The notes: generated by a model not told the origin, from the letters alone. Positions 7,641 through 17,596 are shown, counted from the first letter of the whole stretch. The stretch: DNA of 21,166 bases, filler included, from Dehalococcoidia bacterium (GCA_040882355.1; 2 parts of 2 records of this genome joined end to end with filler, not necessarily neighbours in it); one strand, 5' to 3'. Translations and numbers: made by a program.

Positions 7641-9564
7641 ACGTTCCGGCCCGACTCGCACCCGTCCCTACCGCCTCGACCTCGTCGGGGCGGTCGCATT
7701 ATGTGCGCTGACGGCCGCGTCGTTCGCCGCGTGCGACGACGGTGCGCCGGCCGCAGTCTCGACGCCGACCGGCACGAGCCCTGCAGCTACGCCGACGGTC
7801 GCCTCGACTGGTAGCGACGCGCCACCCGATCGCGACCTCGTCGATCTAGCACGGCGCTTCGGCGATGGCGCCGCGATCACGCGGCAGGTCACGTTGCCGG
7901 CACCGGTCACGGGCGAGACTCAGGAGTTCGACCTGATCGCTTTGTCCTCCGACCCGGCTCAGCCTTCCGGTCGGCGGACGGCCCGGGCGACGCTACGCGC
8001 CATCTCCGAGCATGCCTATGTCTTCGTCGAAGACTCGGCGGACATCGGCGATGGCGAGGTTGATGACGCCGTCCGCGCGTTTGAAGAAGACGTCTGGCCA
8101 GATGTCACGGGAGCCTTCGGGCCGCCGCCCGTTCCAGGCATCGATGGAGATCCTCGTATCGCGCTGGTCCACGCCGACCTCGGCCCGGCGCTCGGCGGCT
8201 ACGTCTCCAGCGAGGACGCCTACCCACGCGCGGCGGTGCCTCATAGCAACCAGCGGGAGATCGTCTACATGAACCTCCGACGCCGGCCTCTCGGTTCGGC
8301 GGGCTACGCCTCGACGCTCGCGCACGAGTTCCAGCACCTGATCCACGAGCGCCTCGACCCTGGCGAAGACGCCTGGGTGAACGAGGGCCTGTCCGAGTTC
8401 TCGGCATCGCTGGTCGGCGGGCCGGGGGCGATCACGGGTGGCAGCAGCGCGTTCCTTGATAAGCCTGACCTGCAGCTCGATACCTGGGCGAGCGGGGCCG
8501 AGAGCGGCGCTCACTACGTCGCCAGTGGCCTCTTCGCGGCCTATCTCGTCGAGCAAGGCGGCGGCGACGTGCGAGCGTTCGCATCAGACTCAGCCGATGG
8601 CGCGGACGGAGTGCGCAGCTTCTTGCAGGCCACGGGCGATCGGCGCTCCTTCGGGCAGCTCGTCGCGGACTGGGCGGTCGCCAATCTGATCGACAAACCG
8701 GACGGGCCTCATGGGTATAGCGAGCTCCAGGTCGGACCCGCTTCCACCGACGACGTTTCGGCCGCGGGTCAACACGAGGGCGAGGTACACCAGTTCGGTG
8801 CGGACTATCTGGAGCTGAACGCCGATGAGTTCGCCAACGGCTCCGTCTTTCACTTTGAAGGCGATACGCAGACGCCGGTGCTCGCCGTCGCCGCCGAGGC
8901 GGGCGGCGCTCTCTGGTGGGCGAATCGAGGCGACAGTATCGATACGACGCTGACGCGCGAAATCGACCTGACCGATGTTGGTGAGGCGACACTCACGTTC
9001 CGCACGTGGTACGACATCGAGCGCTGGTTCGATTTCGCGCACGTCGCCGCCTCTCGAGATGACGGGCGGACCTGGCAGGCGCTCGCAGGCGAGCACACAA
9101 CGACCGATGACCCGCTGGGCGTGAGCTACGGCCCGGGCTACTCGGGCAGCAGCAGCGGCTGGGTGGACGAGCGCATCGATCTCTCTACGTACGCGGGCGC
9201 GCCGGTCCTCCTGCGCTTCGAGTACGTCACGGACGACAGCTTTAGCGGCCCGGGCTGGGCGATCGACGATATCGCTGTGCCGGAGGCGGGCTTCTTCGAC
9301 GACGGCGCATCCGACGCCGGCGGCTGGCAGCGGGCAGGGTTCCTGCGCGTGACGGCCCCGCTCCAGCAGCGCTACGAGCTGCGCCTTGTTACCCTGGGCG
9401 ATGCGCCCGAGGTGACAGTGATTCCCCTCGACGCGCAAAATCGGGCGGACGTGCCGTTGGGCGGCCTCGGGAGCGCCTACCAACGCGCCGTCGTCGTGGT
9501 TGTTGGGGCGACCGAGGGCACGACCGTGCCGGGCGGCTATCGATACGAAGTGGTGCCGGCCTAA
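7549..9564 (+). CDS. Zinc metallopeptidase lipoprotein (HExxH + NEGLSE; M30/immune inhibitor A-like with C-terminal beta-sandwich); start uncertain
   Basis: Hydrophobic segment plus lipobox FAAC, Thr/Pro linker, LAHEFQHLIH...WVNEGLSE, InhA-like C-terminal WYDIE...IDLSTYAG..LLRFEYVTD...GWAIDDI. Confidence 0.8.
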   Translation: MPTCPRPRSTRRSRTITSAAFTSKPILAHARRSGPTRTRPYRLDLVGAVALCALTAASFAACDDGAPAAVSTPTGTSPAATPTVASTGSDAPPDRDLVDLARRFGDGAAITRQVTLPAPVTGETQEFDLIALSSDPAQPSGRRTARATLRAISEHAYVFVEDSADIGDGEVDDAVRAFEEDVWPDVTGAFGPPPVPGIDGDPRIALVHADLGPALGGYVSSEDAYPRAAVPHSNQREIVYMNLRRRPLGSAGYASTLAHEFQHLIHERLDPGEDAWVNEGLSEFSASLVGGPGAITGGSSAFLDKPDLQLDTWASGAESGAHYVASGLFAAYLVEQGGGDVRAFASDSADGADGVRSFLQATGDRRSFGQLVADWAVANLIDKPDGPHGYSELQVGPASTDDVSAAGQHEGEVHQFGADYLELNADEFANGSVFHFEGDTQTPVLAVAAEAGGALWWANRGDSIDTTLTREIDLTDVGEATLTFRTWYDIERWFDFAHVAASRDDGRTWQALAGEHTTTDDPLGVSYGPGYSGSSSGWVDERIDLSTYAGAPVLLRFEYVTDDSFSGPGWAIDDIAVPEAGFFDDGASDAGGWQRAGFLRVTAPLQQRYELRLVTLGDAPEVTVIPLDAQNRADVPLGGLGSAYQRAVVVVVGATEGTTVPGGYRYEVVPA

Positions 9565-9580
9565 CGAAGGAGGCGAACAG

Positions 9581-9949
9581 ATGGCCAAGAAGGTCTACCC
9601 CAGCTCGCTACCGTACCCGTTCTCCGCCGCCGTTCGGACGGGCAACCTGCTCTTCGTCTCGGGGCAAGTGGGCATCCGGGACGGCAAGACGGGCGAAGGC
9701 ATCGAGGAGCAGACACGTTTCACCATGGAGAATATTCGCGACGTCCTGGCTCAGGCCGGCGCCTCGTTGGCCGATGTGGTGAAGGTGACCGTCTTCCTCA
9801 CGGACATGTCCGTCTGGCCTGCGATGAACGAGGTCTACCGCGAGTACTTTGCGAACGAGCCGCCGGCCCGCTCGGCGCTCGGGGCGACGGCTCTCGCCCT
9901 GCCCGGGCTGTTGGTCGAAATCGAGTGCGTGGCCGAGGCCGGCGACTAA
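9581..9949 (+). CDS. RidA/YjgF family enamine deaminase
   Basis: AAGGAGG RBS before ATG 9581; PFSAAV, LFVSGQ, VVKVTVFL, MNEVY, PARS (catalytic Arg), VEIE. Confidence 0.92.
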   Translation: MAKKVYPSSLPYPFSAAVRTGNLLFVSGQVGIRDGKTGEGIEEQTRFTMENIRDVLAQAGASLADVVKVTVFLTDMSVWPAMNEVYREYFANEPPARSALGATALALPGLLVEIECVAEAGD

Positions 9950-9962
9950 TCTGGGCAGCCGC

Positions 9963-9992
9963 TTGACACATGTCGGAGTATCCCGTTAGACT
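9963..9992 (+). promoter_or_regulatory. sigma70 promoter of the str operon
   Basis: TTGACA (9963-9968)-N18-TAGACT (9987-9992), upstream of rpsL. Confidence 0.7.
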
Positions 9993-10012
9993 ATTCTGTC
10001 GGCGCCTGAAAA

Positions 10013-10130
10013 GCGCATTCGTTCGCTAGGCCGAAGGCCCAGAACGTGATGACCGCCGGCTCTTGTGGGAGCGCACCCACGCCGGGGCAGGCTCAGGAAG
10101 ACGGCTTTGGCCTAGCGTTGCGTCGTGCGC
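10013..10130 (+). promoter_or_regulatory. Structured 5' leader of rpsL (candidate cis-regulatory RNA)
   Basis: Nested stems: 10013-17/10126-30, 10024-36/10105-17 (13 bp, one G-U), 10056-60/10081-85, 10065-69/10076-80. Confidence 0.5.
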
Positions 10131-10158
10131 GCGGCGGGCCGAGCAAAAGGGAGCGAAG

Positions 10159-10590
10159 TTGCCAACCATCAACCAGCTCGTCCGGAAGGGCCGGAAGCGA
10201 ATCATCAAGAAGACCAAGGCGCCAGCCTTGCGCTTTACTTACAATGCCCTGAAGAACAAGCTGGTGCGGGGCAAGGGCTCGCCTCAGAAGCGGGGCGTCT
10301 GCACGCAGGTGCGGACCATGACGCCCAAGAAGCCGAACTCCGCTCTTCGGAAGATCGCTCGCGTGCGCCTCACGAACAGCATTGAGGTGACCGCTTACAT
10401 TCCGGGCGAAGGACACAGCCTGCAGGAGCACTCGGTGGTCCTTATTCGGGGCGGCCGCGTGAAGGACCTGCCGGGCGTCCGCTACCACATCATCCGAGGC
10501 GCGCTGGACAGCCAGGGCGTGAACGGGCGGCAGCGCGGGCGCAGCAAGTACGGTACCAGGAAGGGGGGCACGCCGGGAGGCGGCGGCTAG
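10159..10590 (+). CDS. rpsL: 30S ribosomal protein S12
   Basis: TTG start after [44 protein letters not shown]. Confidence 0.98.
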   Translation: MPTINQLVRKGRKRIIKKTKAPALRFTYNALKNKLVRGKGSPQKRGVCTQVRTMTPKKPNSALRKIARVRLTNSIEVTAYIPGEGHSLQEHSVVLIRGGRVKDLPGVRYHIIRGALDSQGVNGRQRGRSKYGTRKGGTPGGGG

Positions 10591-10592
10591 GG

Positions 10593-10648
10593 AAGGCCGC
10601 CGCGCCAAGCAAGCCCATCCAGGCGCCCCGGCTAGCCGGGGCGGCCTT
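10593..10648 (+). promoter_or_regulatory. Structured rpsL-rpsG intercistronic RNA (candidate S7 operator)
   Basis: P1 10593-10600/10641-10648, P2 10602-06/10622-26, P3 10627-31/10636-40; also a perfect 20-bp palindrome at 10624-10643. Confidence 0.45.
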
Positions 10649-10671
10649 ACACGTTTGGGAACGAACACGTC

Positions 10672-11142
10672 ATGCCAAGACGAAAGCGCGCAGTAAAACG
10701 AGAAGTGAAGCCGGAGGCCAAGTACGGTAACCGGACGCTTGCCATGCTCATTAACAAGATGCTCCAGAAGGGCAAGAAGAGCACTGCGGAGCGCATCGTC
10801 TACCGCGCGCTCGACCAGATCGCCGAGTCGGAGCGCAAGGACCCCGTCGAAGTGTTCGAGCTGGCGGTGCGCAACGCGACGCCTGTCGTCGAAGTAAAGC
10901 CGAGACGGGTGGGCGGCGCGACGTATCAGGTGCCGGTCGATATCCGCGCGGAGCGCCGCATGGCGCTAGCGCTGCGCTGGCTCGTCACGGCCGCCCGGGC
11001 GCGCAAGGGCCGCTCGATGGCCGACCGGCTCGCCGCCGAGCTGTCGGACGCCGCGAACAATCAGGGCGCAACGGTAAAGCGCAAGGAGGACACCCACCGG
11101 ATGGCGGAGGCGAACCGCGCCTTCGTTCATTATCGCTGGTAG
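10672..11142 (+). CDS. rpsG: 30S ribosomal protein S7
   Basis: [41 protein letters not shown]. Confidence 0.98.
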   Translation: MPRRKRAVKREVKPEAKYGNRTLAMLINKMLQKGKKSTAERIVYRALDQIAESERKDPVEVFELAVRNATPVVEVKPRRVGGATYQVPVDIRAERRMALALRWLVTAARARKGRSMADRLAAELSDAANNQGATVKRKEDTHRMAEANRAFVHYRW

Positions 11143-11198
11143 CAACGTGCGGAGCCGCCCACAGACACCGGGCGGCTTCCCACTTGAATGAGAAGATC

Positions 11199-11478
11199 AT
11201 GGGTCGAGACCATCCCATCGAGCGAGTACGCAACATCGGCATCATCGCCCACATCGATGCCGGGAAGACTACCGTGACTGAACGGGTGCTCTTCTATACC
11301 GGCCGCACCTACAAGATCGGTGAGGTGCACGAGGGGACGGCGGTGATGGACTGGATGGCGCAGGAACGCGAGCGCGGCATCACGATCACCGCCGCTGCCA
11401 CGACCTGCGCCTGGCGCGACCATCGCATCAACATCATCGACACGCCCGGCCACGTCGACTTCACGGTCGAGGTCGAGC
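11199..11478 (+). CDS. fusA: Elongation factor G (5' fragment, cut by contig end)
   Basis: [42 protein letters not shown]; follows rpsG. Confidence 0.95.
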
Positions 11479-11578
11479 NNNNNNNNNNNNNNNNNNNNNN
11501 NNNNNNNNNNNNNNNNNNNNNNTTAATTAATTAANNNNNNNNNNNNNNNNNNNNNNNNNNNNNNNNNNNNNNNNNNNN
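11479..11578. other. Artificial contig linker (N44-TTAATTAATTAA-N44)
   Basis: Exactly 100 nt, with a six-frame-stop palindrome centred between equal N runs. Both flanking genes are truncated. Confidence 0.97.
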
Positions 11579-11791
11579 GGCCGCGCGTTCCGCGGCGAGG
11601 CCGGCGGCGTACGGCGTGGACTTGCGCGAGCCCTTGAAGCCCACCGTTCCCGCGCTGCCGGACGACAGCACGTTGCCGTTGGGGTCGGTGAGCGTGACCA
11701 AGGTGTTGTTGAACGTAGCCTTGATATACGCTCGACCCTTCGGGACGGACTTCTTCTCGCGACGACGCGCACGACTCTTCTTCTCAGCCAC
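11579..11791 (-). CDS. rpsK: 30S ribosomal protein S11 (5' part, cut by contig end)
   Basis: [25 protein letters not shown]. Confidence 0.97.
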
Positions 11792-11801
11792 GCGGCTCCT
11801 C

Positions 11802-12185
11802 CTACTTCTTGGCCACGGCGCGCCGCTTGCCGGCGACCGTCTTCCGCGGGCCCTTGCGCGCGCGGGCGTTTGTGCGGGTGCGCTGGCCGCGCACCGGCAG
11901 CCCGCGCCGGTGACGAACGCCGCGATAGCAGTTGATCTCGATCAGGCGCTGGATATTCTGACGCACCTCGCGCCGAAGGTCGCCTTCGACGGTATGGCTC
12001 TTGTCGATGATCTCGCGGACCCGCGCGACTTCGTCGTCGGTCAGGTCGCGCACCTTCGTCGACGGGTCTACCTGCGCCTGCTCGGTGATGAGGCGCGCCG
12101 CGGACGGCCCGATCCCGTAGATGTAGCGCAGCGACACGTCGACGCGCTTGTCACGCGGAATATCGATGCCGGCGATTCTTGCCAC
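11802..12185 (-). CDS. rpsM: 30S ribosomal protein S13
   Basis: GTG start at 12185 after [38 protein letters not shown]. Confidence 0.98.
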   Translation of the reverse strand: MARIAGIDIPRDKRVDVSLRYIYGIGPSAARLITEQAQVDPSTKVRDLTDDEVARVREIIDKSHTVEGDLRREVRQNIQRLIEINCYRGVRHRRGLPVRGQRTRTNARARKGPRKTVAGKRRAVAKK

Positions 12186-12195
12186 CCGACTCCTC

Positions 12196-12309
12196 CTAGC
12201 CCTGGCGCTGCTTGTGCTTGGGGTTGACGCAGATAATCCGCACCACACCGTGGCGGCGGATGATCTGGCACTTTTCGCAGCGGCGTTTGACGGACGCTTG
12301 AACCTTCAT
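12196..12309 (-). CDS. rpmJ: 50S ribosomal protein L36 (Zn-ribbon form)
   Basis: Below the ORF-track cutoff; manual translation [37 protein letters not shown]. Confidence 0.97.
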   Translation of the reverse strand: MKVQASVKRRCEKCQIIRRHGVVRIICVNPKHKQRQG

Positions 12310-12313
12310 TGCC

Positions 12314-12532
12314 CTACCTAAATCGGAATGTGATCCGGCCCCGGGTCAGGTCGTAAGGCGACAGCTCCACCAGCACCCTGTCGCCGGGAACGATCTTGAT
12401 GTAGTGAAGCCGCATCTTGCCTGAAATGTGGGCGAGCACTTCGTGCCCGTTCGGCAGATCGACTCGAAACATGGCATTCGGCAGCGATTCCTTGACGACT
12501 CCCTCGACCTCAATCCCGTCCTTCTTTGCCAT
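12314..12532 (-). CDS. infA: Translation initiation factor IF-1
   Basis: [28 protein letters not shown]. Confidence 0.98.
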   Translation of the reverse strand: MAKKDGIEVEGVVKESLPNAMFRVDLPNGHEVLAHISGKMRLHYIKIVPGDRVLVELSPYDLTRGRITFRFR

Positions 12533-12539
12533 CAGGCGC

Positions 12540-13349
12540 CTACGCGGGCCTCCCAGCGGTGGCCGGCTCGCGCAGCGTGGCTGCCAGACCGGCCTCGTCG
12601 CTGCGCAGCGTCATCACCTCCGGCGCGCCGTCTGTGATGGCGATGGTGTGTTCGAAGTGGGCGGCCAGGCTGCCATCCAGCGTGCTCACCGTCCAGCCGT
12701 CGTCGTGCTCCTTCGTCTCGAAGGAGCCGGCGGTGAGCATCGGCTCCAGCGCGAGCACCATGCCCTTGCGCAGAACGGGGCCCACGCCCTCCGGCCCGTA
12801 GTTGGGCACCTGCGGCTCCTCGTGCATATCGCGGCCCACGCCGTGTCCTACGTACTTGCGTACGACGCCGAAACGCTGCGATTCCGCGCAGGCCTGTATT
12901 GCGTGCGAGACGGCCCCGAGGCGCGCCCCGGCTGTAGCCTGACGGATGCCGGCCCAGAGCGACTGATGCGTCGCCTCAATGAGGCGCCGGGCCTCAGGAT
13001 CGGTCTGCCCGACCCCAACCGTGAGCGCCGAATCGGCCACGAAGCGCTGGTGCGTAACGCCTAGATCGATACTAACGACATCTCCTTCATGGAGCACACG
13101 ATCCCCTGGTATCGCATGCACGATCTCATCGTTCACAGACACGCAAACATGCGCCGGATACCCGTGGTAGCCGAGGAACGTAGGTACCACGCTGCGCCGC
13201 TGGAACTCTTTCTCGACTATTGTATCAAGTTTCTTCACTATAAGCCCAGCCCGAACCTCAGCGGCCAGTCGCTCCAGCATCTCCGCCAGGATGTGGCCTG
13301 CCTCGCGCATGATCGCGATCTCGTCGTCGGACTTAATGATAATTGGCAT
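12540..13349 (-). CDS. map: Type I methionine aminopeptidase
   Basis: [14 protein letters not shown]...DSA, GHGVG...HEEP, LEPM, AHFEHT metal ligands. Confidence 0.97.
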   Translation of the reverse strand: MPIIIKSDDEIAIMREAGHILAEMLERLAAEVRAGLIVKKLDTIVEKEFQRRSVVPTFLGYHGYPAHVCVSVNDEIVHAIPGDRVLHEGDVVSIDLGVTHQRFVADSALTVGVGQTDPEARRLIEATHQSLWAGIRQATAGARLGAVSHAIQACAESQRFGVVRKYVGHGVGRDMHEEPQVPNYGPEGVGPVLRKGMVLALEPMLTAGSFETKEHDDGWTVSTLDGSLAAHFEHTIAITDGAPEVMTLRSDEAGLAATLREPATAGRPA

Positions 13350-13367
13350 ACACGTTCTCTACAAGCC

Positions 13368-14015
13368 CTAAGCGGCCCTTTCGATCACACTGAGCAGGTC
13401 ATCGGTCACCGCGTCCATCTCCTGCTCGCCGTTGACTTCCAGCAGCTTACCCTGTTCTCGATAGTGGGCGAGCATCGCCTCGGGTGGGCGCTGGCGCTCC
13501 AGCCGTTGCCGGATCACCGCCGGCTTGTCGTCGTCTCGCTGGCTGAGCGTGCCCCGACAACGATCGCAGACGCCTGCCTTGCTGGGTGGGCGGCTGGTCT
13601 CCTGATATATCTCGCCACAGTTGGCGCAGAGCCAGCGGCCGCCGAGCCGCCTGACGATCTCATCGTCGGAGGCCGTAATCAGCACCGCCGCGTCGGCAGC
13701 CTTGCCGTGGCGCGCGAGCGCGTGATCGAGAGCCTGCGCCTGCTGGACGGTGCGCGGGAAGCCGTCGAAGATGACGCCCTCTTGCGCGTCGGGCTGGGCG
13801 ATGCGCTCTTCGATCATGGCGATCGTCAACTCGTCAGGCACCAACTCGCCGCGGTCCATGTACTCCTTCGCCTTGCGCCCCAACTCCGCGCCCTGCTGGA
13901 CCGCCTCTCGCAACAGGTCCCCGCTCGCGACGTGGAGCAGGCCCAGGCGTTCCGCAATCCGCTTTGCTTGCGTGCCCTTGCCGGTGCCCGGCGGACCGAG
14001 GAGGACCAGATACAC
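13368..14015 (-). CDS. adk: Adenylate kinase (Zn-binding lid)
   Basis: GPPGTGKGTQA, GELVPD, DGFPRT, CANC...CDRC lid, QRDDD. Confidence 0.97.
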   Translation of the reverse strand: MYLVLLGPPGTGKGTQAKRIAERLGLLHVASGDLLREAVQQGAELGRKAKEYMDRGELVPDELTIAMIEERIAQPDAQEGVIFDGFPRTVQQAQALDHALARHGKAADAAVLITASDDEIVRRLGGRWLCANCGEIYQETSRPPSKAGVCDRCRGTLSQRDDDKPAVIRQRLERQRPPEAMLAHYREQGKLLEVNGEQEMDAVTDDLLSVIERAA

Positions 14016-14020
14016 GGCGT

Positions 14021-15379
14021 CTATCGGATGAAGCCCTCGTAGTTGCGCATCATGAGCTGCGCCTCAAGCTGGCGCATCGTATCGAGCACGACACCAACGA
14101 CGATGATCAGGCCCGTGCTGCTGATCGTCAACGATTGGACGTCGGTGAAGCGCGTCACCAGCGTGGGAACAATCGCGATGATGCCCAGGAAGAGCGCGCC
14201 GGCCCAGGTAATTCGCACCAACACGCGCATGATGTACTCGGCGGTCGGCCGGCCGGGCCGGATGCCAGGGATGAACCCGCCGCTCTTCTGCAGGTTCTCG
14301 GCCAAGTTCTGCTGCTGGAAGATCACCAGCGTGTAGAAGAAGGTAAAGATGACCACCAGCAAGAAGACCGTGACCATATAGAGACCGGATCGCGGATCGA
14401 ACCAGTCGACGACGAAGTTCGAGACGTCCTGGATCCACGGCGTCTCACTTTGATTGGCCATGAAGTCCGCCGCTGCTGACGGAAAGATCACCACCGAGAA
14501 GGCGAAGATGAGCGGAATCATGCCGGCCGAGTTCACGCGCAGCGGAATATGGCTCTGCCCGGACTGCCGGTACATCCGGCCCGATCTGAAGACGCTGCGG
14601 GCATATTGAACGGGGATCCGTCGCTGCGCCTCCTGGACGAAGACGATGGCGAACAGGAGAACGATGCCGATGGCGAACAGCGCGATGATGCCGAAGAAGC
14701 CCACGGAGGAGTTCCAGATGTTCGGCAGGGTTGCCGGTAAGCCCGCCACGATCCCGCCGAAGATGATAAGCGAAATGCCGTTGCCGATACCGTTCTCAGT
14801 AATCAGCTCTCCAAGCCAGACCAGGAACATCGTACCCGCCACCATCGCCACAACGGCGGTGATAGTGGGCAGCGCATCCGGCCCGGTGAAGCCCACGCTG
14901 TAGGTGAGCACACCGCCGGAGCCCCCGCGGTTGAGGATGATGAGCTGGCTGTAGCCCTGGACCACGGCCATGGGCACCGCCAGGTAGTGCGTGTAGCGTT
15001 GAATCTGGCGGCGCCCCTGCTCTCCCTCGCGCGACAGAGACTGCAAGCTGGGGATGATGGGCACCAGCAGGTTCATGATGATCTGCGACGTGATGTACGG
15101 ATACACGCCCAGGGACGCGACGCTAAGCTGACGGAGCGCGCCACCGCTAAAGAGGTTGAGCGTTCCCAGGATGGCGTTGTCCTCGAACGCATCCGCAAGC
15201 GCGGCCGTGTTCACGCCGGGAATGGGGATGTGCGCGACAAAACGGAACACCACGAGCAGCGCGAGCGTGTACACCAGCTTCTGCCGGACGTCCGGCTGCT
15301 GAAACGCGTCGACCATCGCCTGAAGGAGGCGCGGCCGGGTGGCGGTGTTAGCCCTCGCTCGTCTCGCTACCGTTGCCAT
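14021..15379 (-). CDS. secY: Preprotein translocase subunit SecY
   Basis: LGVYPYITSQII, GIGNGISLIIFGGIV, AGMIPLIFA, FIPGIRPG; alternative start at 15316. Confidence 0.97.
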   Translation of the reverse strand: MATVARRARANTATRPRLLQAMVDAFQQPDVRQKLVYTLALLVVFRFVAHIPIPGVNTAALADAFEDNAILGTLNLFSGGALRQLSVASLGVYPYITSQIIMNLLVPIIPSLQSLSREGEQGRRQIQRYTHYLAVPMAVVQGYSQLIILNRGGSGGVLTYSVGFTGPDALPTITAVVAMVAGTMFLVWLGELITENGIGNGISLIIFGGIVAGLPATLPNIWNSSVGFFGIIALFAIGIVLLFAIVFVQEAQRRIPVQYARSVFRSGRMYRQSGQSHIPLRVNSAGMIPLIFAFSVVIFPSAAADFMANQSETPWIQDVSNFVVDWFDPRSGLYMVTVFLLVVIFTFFYTLVIFQQQNLAENLQKSGGFIPGIRPGRPTAEYIMRVLVRITWAGALFLGIIAIVPTLVTRFTDVQSLTISSTGLIIVVGVVLDTMRQLEAQLMMRNYEGFIR

Positions 15380-15935
15380 TACTGTCCTCGGCGGCGCCCT
15401 CGCTCTCGGCGGCGGGCGCTTCTATCGCTTTCTCCGACGTCCGCGCCTTTGCCTTCCCACGCTTTCGCCTGTCCTCCGGCGCGCGGCGGGCCGTGAGCTC
15501 TTCGACCGTTCCGCCGGCGGCCTCGATCTTCGTCCTAGCAGCGGCGGAGACGCGGTGCGCGCGCACCAGGAGCGGCACCGTCACTTCGCCTTCGGCCAGG
15601 AGCTTGATCGGCAGCTTGCCCGTCCGCACCACGCCCATCTCCAGCAGCGCGTCCGGCGTGACCTCGCTTGAAGCGGGGAACTTCGCCAGATCGCGCAGGT
15701 TGACGGGCGCATATTCGACTCGAAACGGATTGCGAAAGCCTCGGCGAACCGGCAGGCGGCGAATGAGCGGCGTTTGGCCGCCTTCGAAGCCGGGACGAGG
15801 GCCGGAACCGGCGCGGGCCTGCTGGCCCTTCAGTCCCTTGCCCGCGTACGTTCCGTTGCCGCTGGCGTTGCCGCGCCCGACGCGCTTGCGCGCCCTCGTG
15901 GCGCCGCGCGCGGGTCGGAGCTCATGCTGTTCCAC
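15348..15935 (-). CDS. rplO: 50S ribosomal protein L15 with C-terminal extension
   Basis: KRVGRG, GFEGGQTPL, KIEAAGG; ~45-aa charged tail overlapping the secY start. Confidence 0.97.
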   Translation of the reverse strand: MEQHELRPARGATRARKRVGRGNASGNGTYAGKGLKGQQARAGSGPRPGFEGGQTPLIRRLPVRRGFRNPFRVEYAPVNLRDLAKFPASSEVTPDALLEMGVVRTGKLPIKLLAEGEVTVPLLVRAHRVSAAARTKIEAAGGTVEELTARRAPEDRRKRGKAKARTSEKAIEAPAAESEGAAEDSNGNGSETSEG

Positions 15936-15937
15936 GA

Positions 15938-16123
15938 CTACTCCTCCGCCTCTTCCACGGCCACCAGGTGCTGCACTTTGTGTATCATACCACGCAGCGA
16001 AGGTGAGTCGCTATGCTCCACTGACCGGCCCAACCGGCGCAGCCCGAGCGCTTCGATCGTGCGCTTCTGGTCGATCTTGTGGCCGGAGGCGCTGCGTACC
16101 CAGGTGATGCGGACCTTAGCCAC
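15938..16123 (-). CDS. rpmD: 50S ribosomal protein L30
   Basis: [21 protein letters not shown]; canonical position. Confidence 0.97.
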   Translation of the reverse strand: MAKVRITWVRSASGHKIDQKRTIEALGLRRLGRSVEHSDSPSLRGMIHKVQHLVAVEEAEE

Positions 16124-16658
16124 GGGCCGCCTCCTCCGCCTTCACGCGCAGCATCTGGGCCGCGCTCTTGCGCTTGGCGACAGCGTCCTCAGGCTGGCGA
16201 AGGCTCGCCAGGCCCTGGATCGTCGCCCGAACGACGTTTACCGGGTTCGCGCTCCCGAGCGACTTGCTGAGGATGTCGCGGATGCCAGCCGCCTCGATCA
16301 CGGCTCGAACGCCTCCACCCGCGATCACGCCGGTGCCCGCAGAAGCAGGCTTCATCAGAACCTTGGCCGCGCTGTAACGCGAGACCACCTCGTGCGGGAT
16401 CGTCGCGTCGCGCATCGGCACGTGGATCAGGTTGCGCCGGGCGATGCTGGCGCCCTTACGAATGGCTTCAGGCACTTCGTGGGCCTTGCCCAAGCCGGCG
16501 CCGACGCGTCCCTGGCCGTCACCCACGACGACGAGGGCGCTGAAGTTGAACCGCCGGCCACCCTTCACCACCTTTGCGACGCGGTTGATGTAGACGACCT
16601 TCTCGGTCAGCTCGATCTCGCGCTCTTCAGGCTCGTAAACGTGTCCTTGTGTAACCAT
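16116..16658 (-). CDS. rpsE: 30S ribosomal protein S5
   Basis: ATG 16658 after [33 protein letters not shown]. Confidence 0.98.
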   Translation of the reverse strand: MVTQGHVYEPEEREIELTEKVVYINRVAKVVKGGRRFNFSALVVVGDGQGRVGAGLGKAHEVPEAIRKGASIARRNLIHVPMRDATIPHEVVSRYSAAKVLMKPASAGTGVIAGGGVRAVIEAAGIRDILSKSLGSANPVNVVRATIQGLASLRQPEDAVAKRKSAAQMLRVKAEEAARG

Positions 16659-16665
16659 TCTCCTC

Positions 16666-17034
16666 CTAGAAGGTGAGGCCGGACTCCCGGGCGCCGTCGG
16701 CCAGCGCCTTGACGCGGCCATGGTACTGGTAGCCGGCCCGGTCGAAGACGACCTCACCGACGCCACGCTCCTTCGCCCGCTCGGCGACGAGTTGGCCAAC
16801 GAGCTTCGCGACGTCCATCTTGCGTTTGCCGTTGAGCTGCGCTTTCGTCGTGGCCTCCAAATCGGAGGCGGCTGCGAGCGTCTGACCGGCATCGTCGTCG
16901 ATCACCTGAGCGTAGATGTGCGACAGGCTCCGGTAGACGGCGAGGCGCGGCCGCTGGGCCGTACCACGCACCTTCTTGCGCACACGCAGGTGGCGGCGCA
17001 GTCTGGCGGCATAAGCAGTCTTCTGGCGCTTCAT
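16666..17034 (-). CDS. rplR: 50S ribosomal protein L18
   Basis: [39 protein letters not shown]. Confidence 0.98.
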   Translation of the reverse strand: MKRQKTAYAARLRRHLRVRKKVRGTAQRPRLAVYRSLSHIYAQVIDDDAGQTLAAASDLEATTKAQLNGKRKMDVAKLVGQLVAERAKERGVGEVVFDRAGYQYHGRVKALADGARESGLTF

Positions 17035-17040
17035 CGTGGT

Positions 17041-17586
17041 CTAGTGCAGCGTCTTGCCGGCCTTGCCGGCCTTTCGTCGCACGTACTCTCCTTCGTAGCG
17101 GATACCCTTGCCCTTGTAGGGCTCCGGCTTGCGGATGCCACGAATCTCCGCGGCGATCTGCCCGACCAACTCCTTGTCGACGCCGCGGACGTGGATGCGA
17201 TTCGTACCGTCCACCTCCAACGTGATCCCCTCGGGCGGCTTGACGTCGACTGGGTGCGAGTAACCGACCAGGATCTGGACCGCCGAGCCCATCTGCTGCG
17301 CGCGATAGCCGACGCCGTGCAACTCCAGCGTCTTGCTGAAGCCGGTGTCGACGCCGGTGACCATGTTCGCAAGCAGGGCTCGCGTGAGGCCATGGAGCGC
17401 GCGGTGGCGCGGCTGGTCGCTCGGCCGGGTCACGAGCAACCGCCCGTCGTCCAGATGCACGCGCATGTCGGGCGGTAGCTGACGGCGCAGCTCACCCTTC
17501 GGACCGCGGATCGTGATCGAGTCGTCCTCGATCTGCGCCTGCACGGAGCTTGGAAGTGGGATCGGTTGCTTGCCGATTCGCGACAT
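17041..17586 (-). CDS. rplF: 50S ribosomal protein L6
   Basis: MSRIGK, GVGYRA, PEPYKGKGIRY. Confidence 0.98.
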   Translation of the reverse strand: MSRIGKQPIPLPSSVQAQIEDDSITIRGPKGELRRQLPPDMRVHLDDGRLLVTRPSDQPRHRALHGLTRALLANMVTGVDTGFSKTLELHGVGYRAQQMGSAVQILVGYSHPVDVKPPEGITLEVDGTNRIHVRGVDKELVGQIAAEIRGIRKPEPYKGKGIRYEGEYVRRKAGKAGKTLH

Positions 17587-17596
17587 CTTTAGTCAC

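Noticed and set aside
10086..10105. SRP RNA-like CAGG..GGAAG words in the rpsL leader
   Set aside because: Lacks the helix-8 GNRA hairpin and AGCAG partner geometry; a cis leader explains it better.
10159..10590. Streptomycin-resistance alleles or an unusual insertion in S12
   Set aside because: [10 protein letters not shown] and RVKDLPG are wild type, and the N-terminal insertion is the known Gram-positive-type feature.
11523..11534. Palindrome TTAATTAATTAA
   Set aside because: Synthetic six-frame stop spacer, not biological.
11199..11791. Apparent inversion placing the str operon head-on with the S10/spc/alpha cluster, with fusA and rpsK truncated
   Set aside because: The junction is an artificial 100-nt linker. 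Orientation and adjacency are arbitrary, and the genes are cut by contig ends, not pseudogenised.
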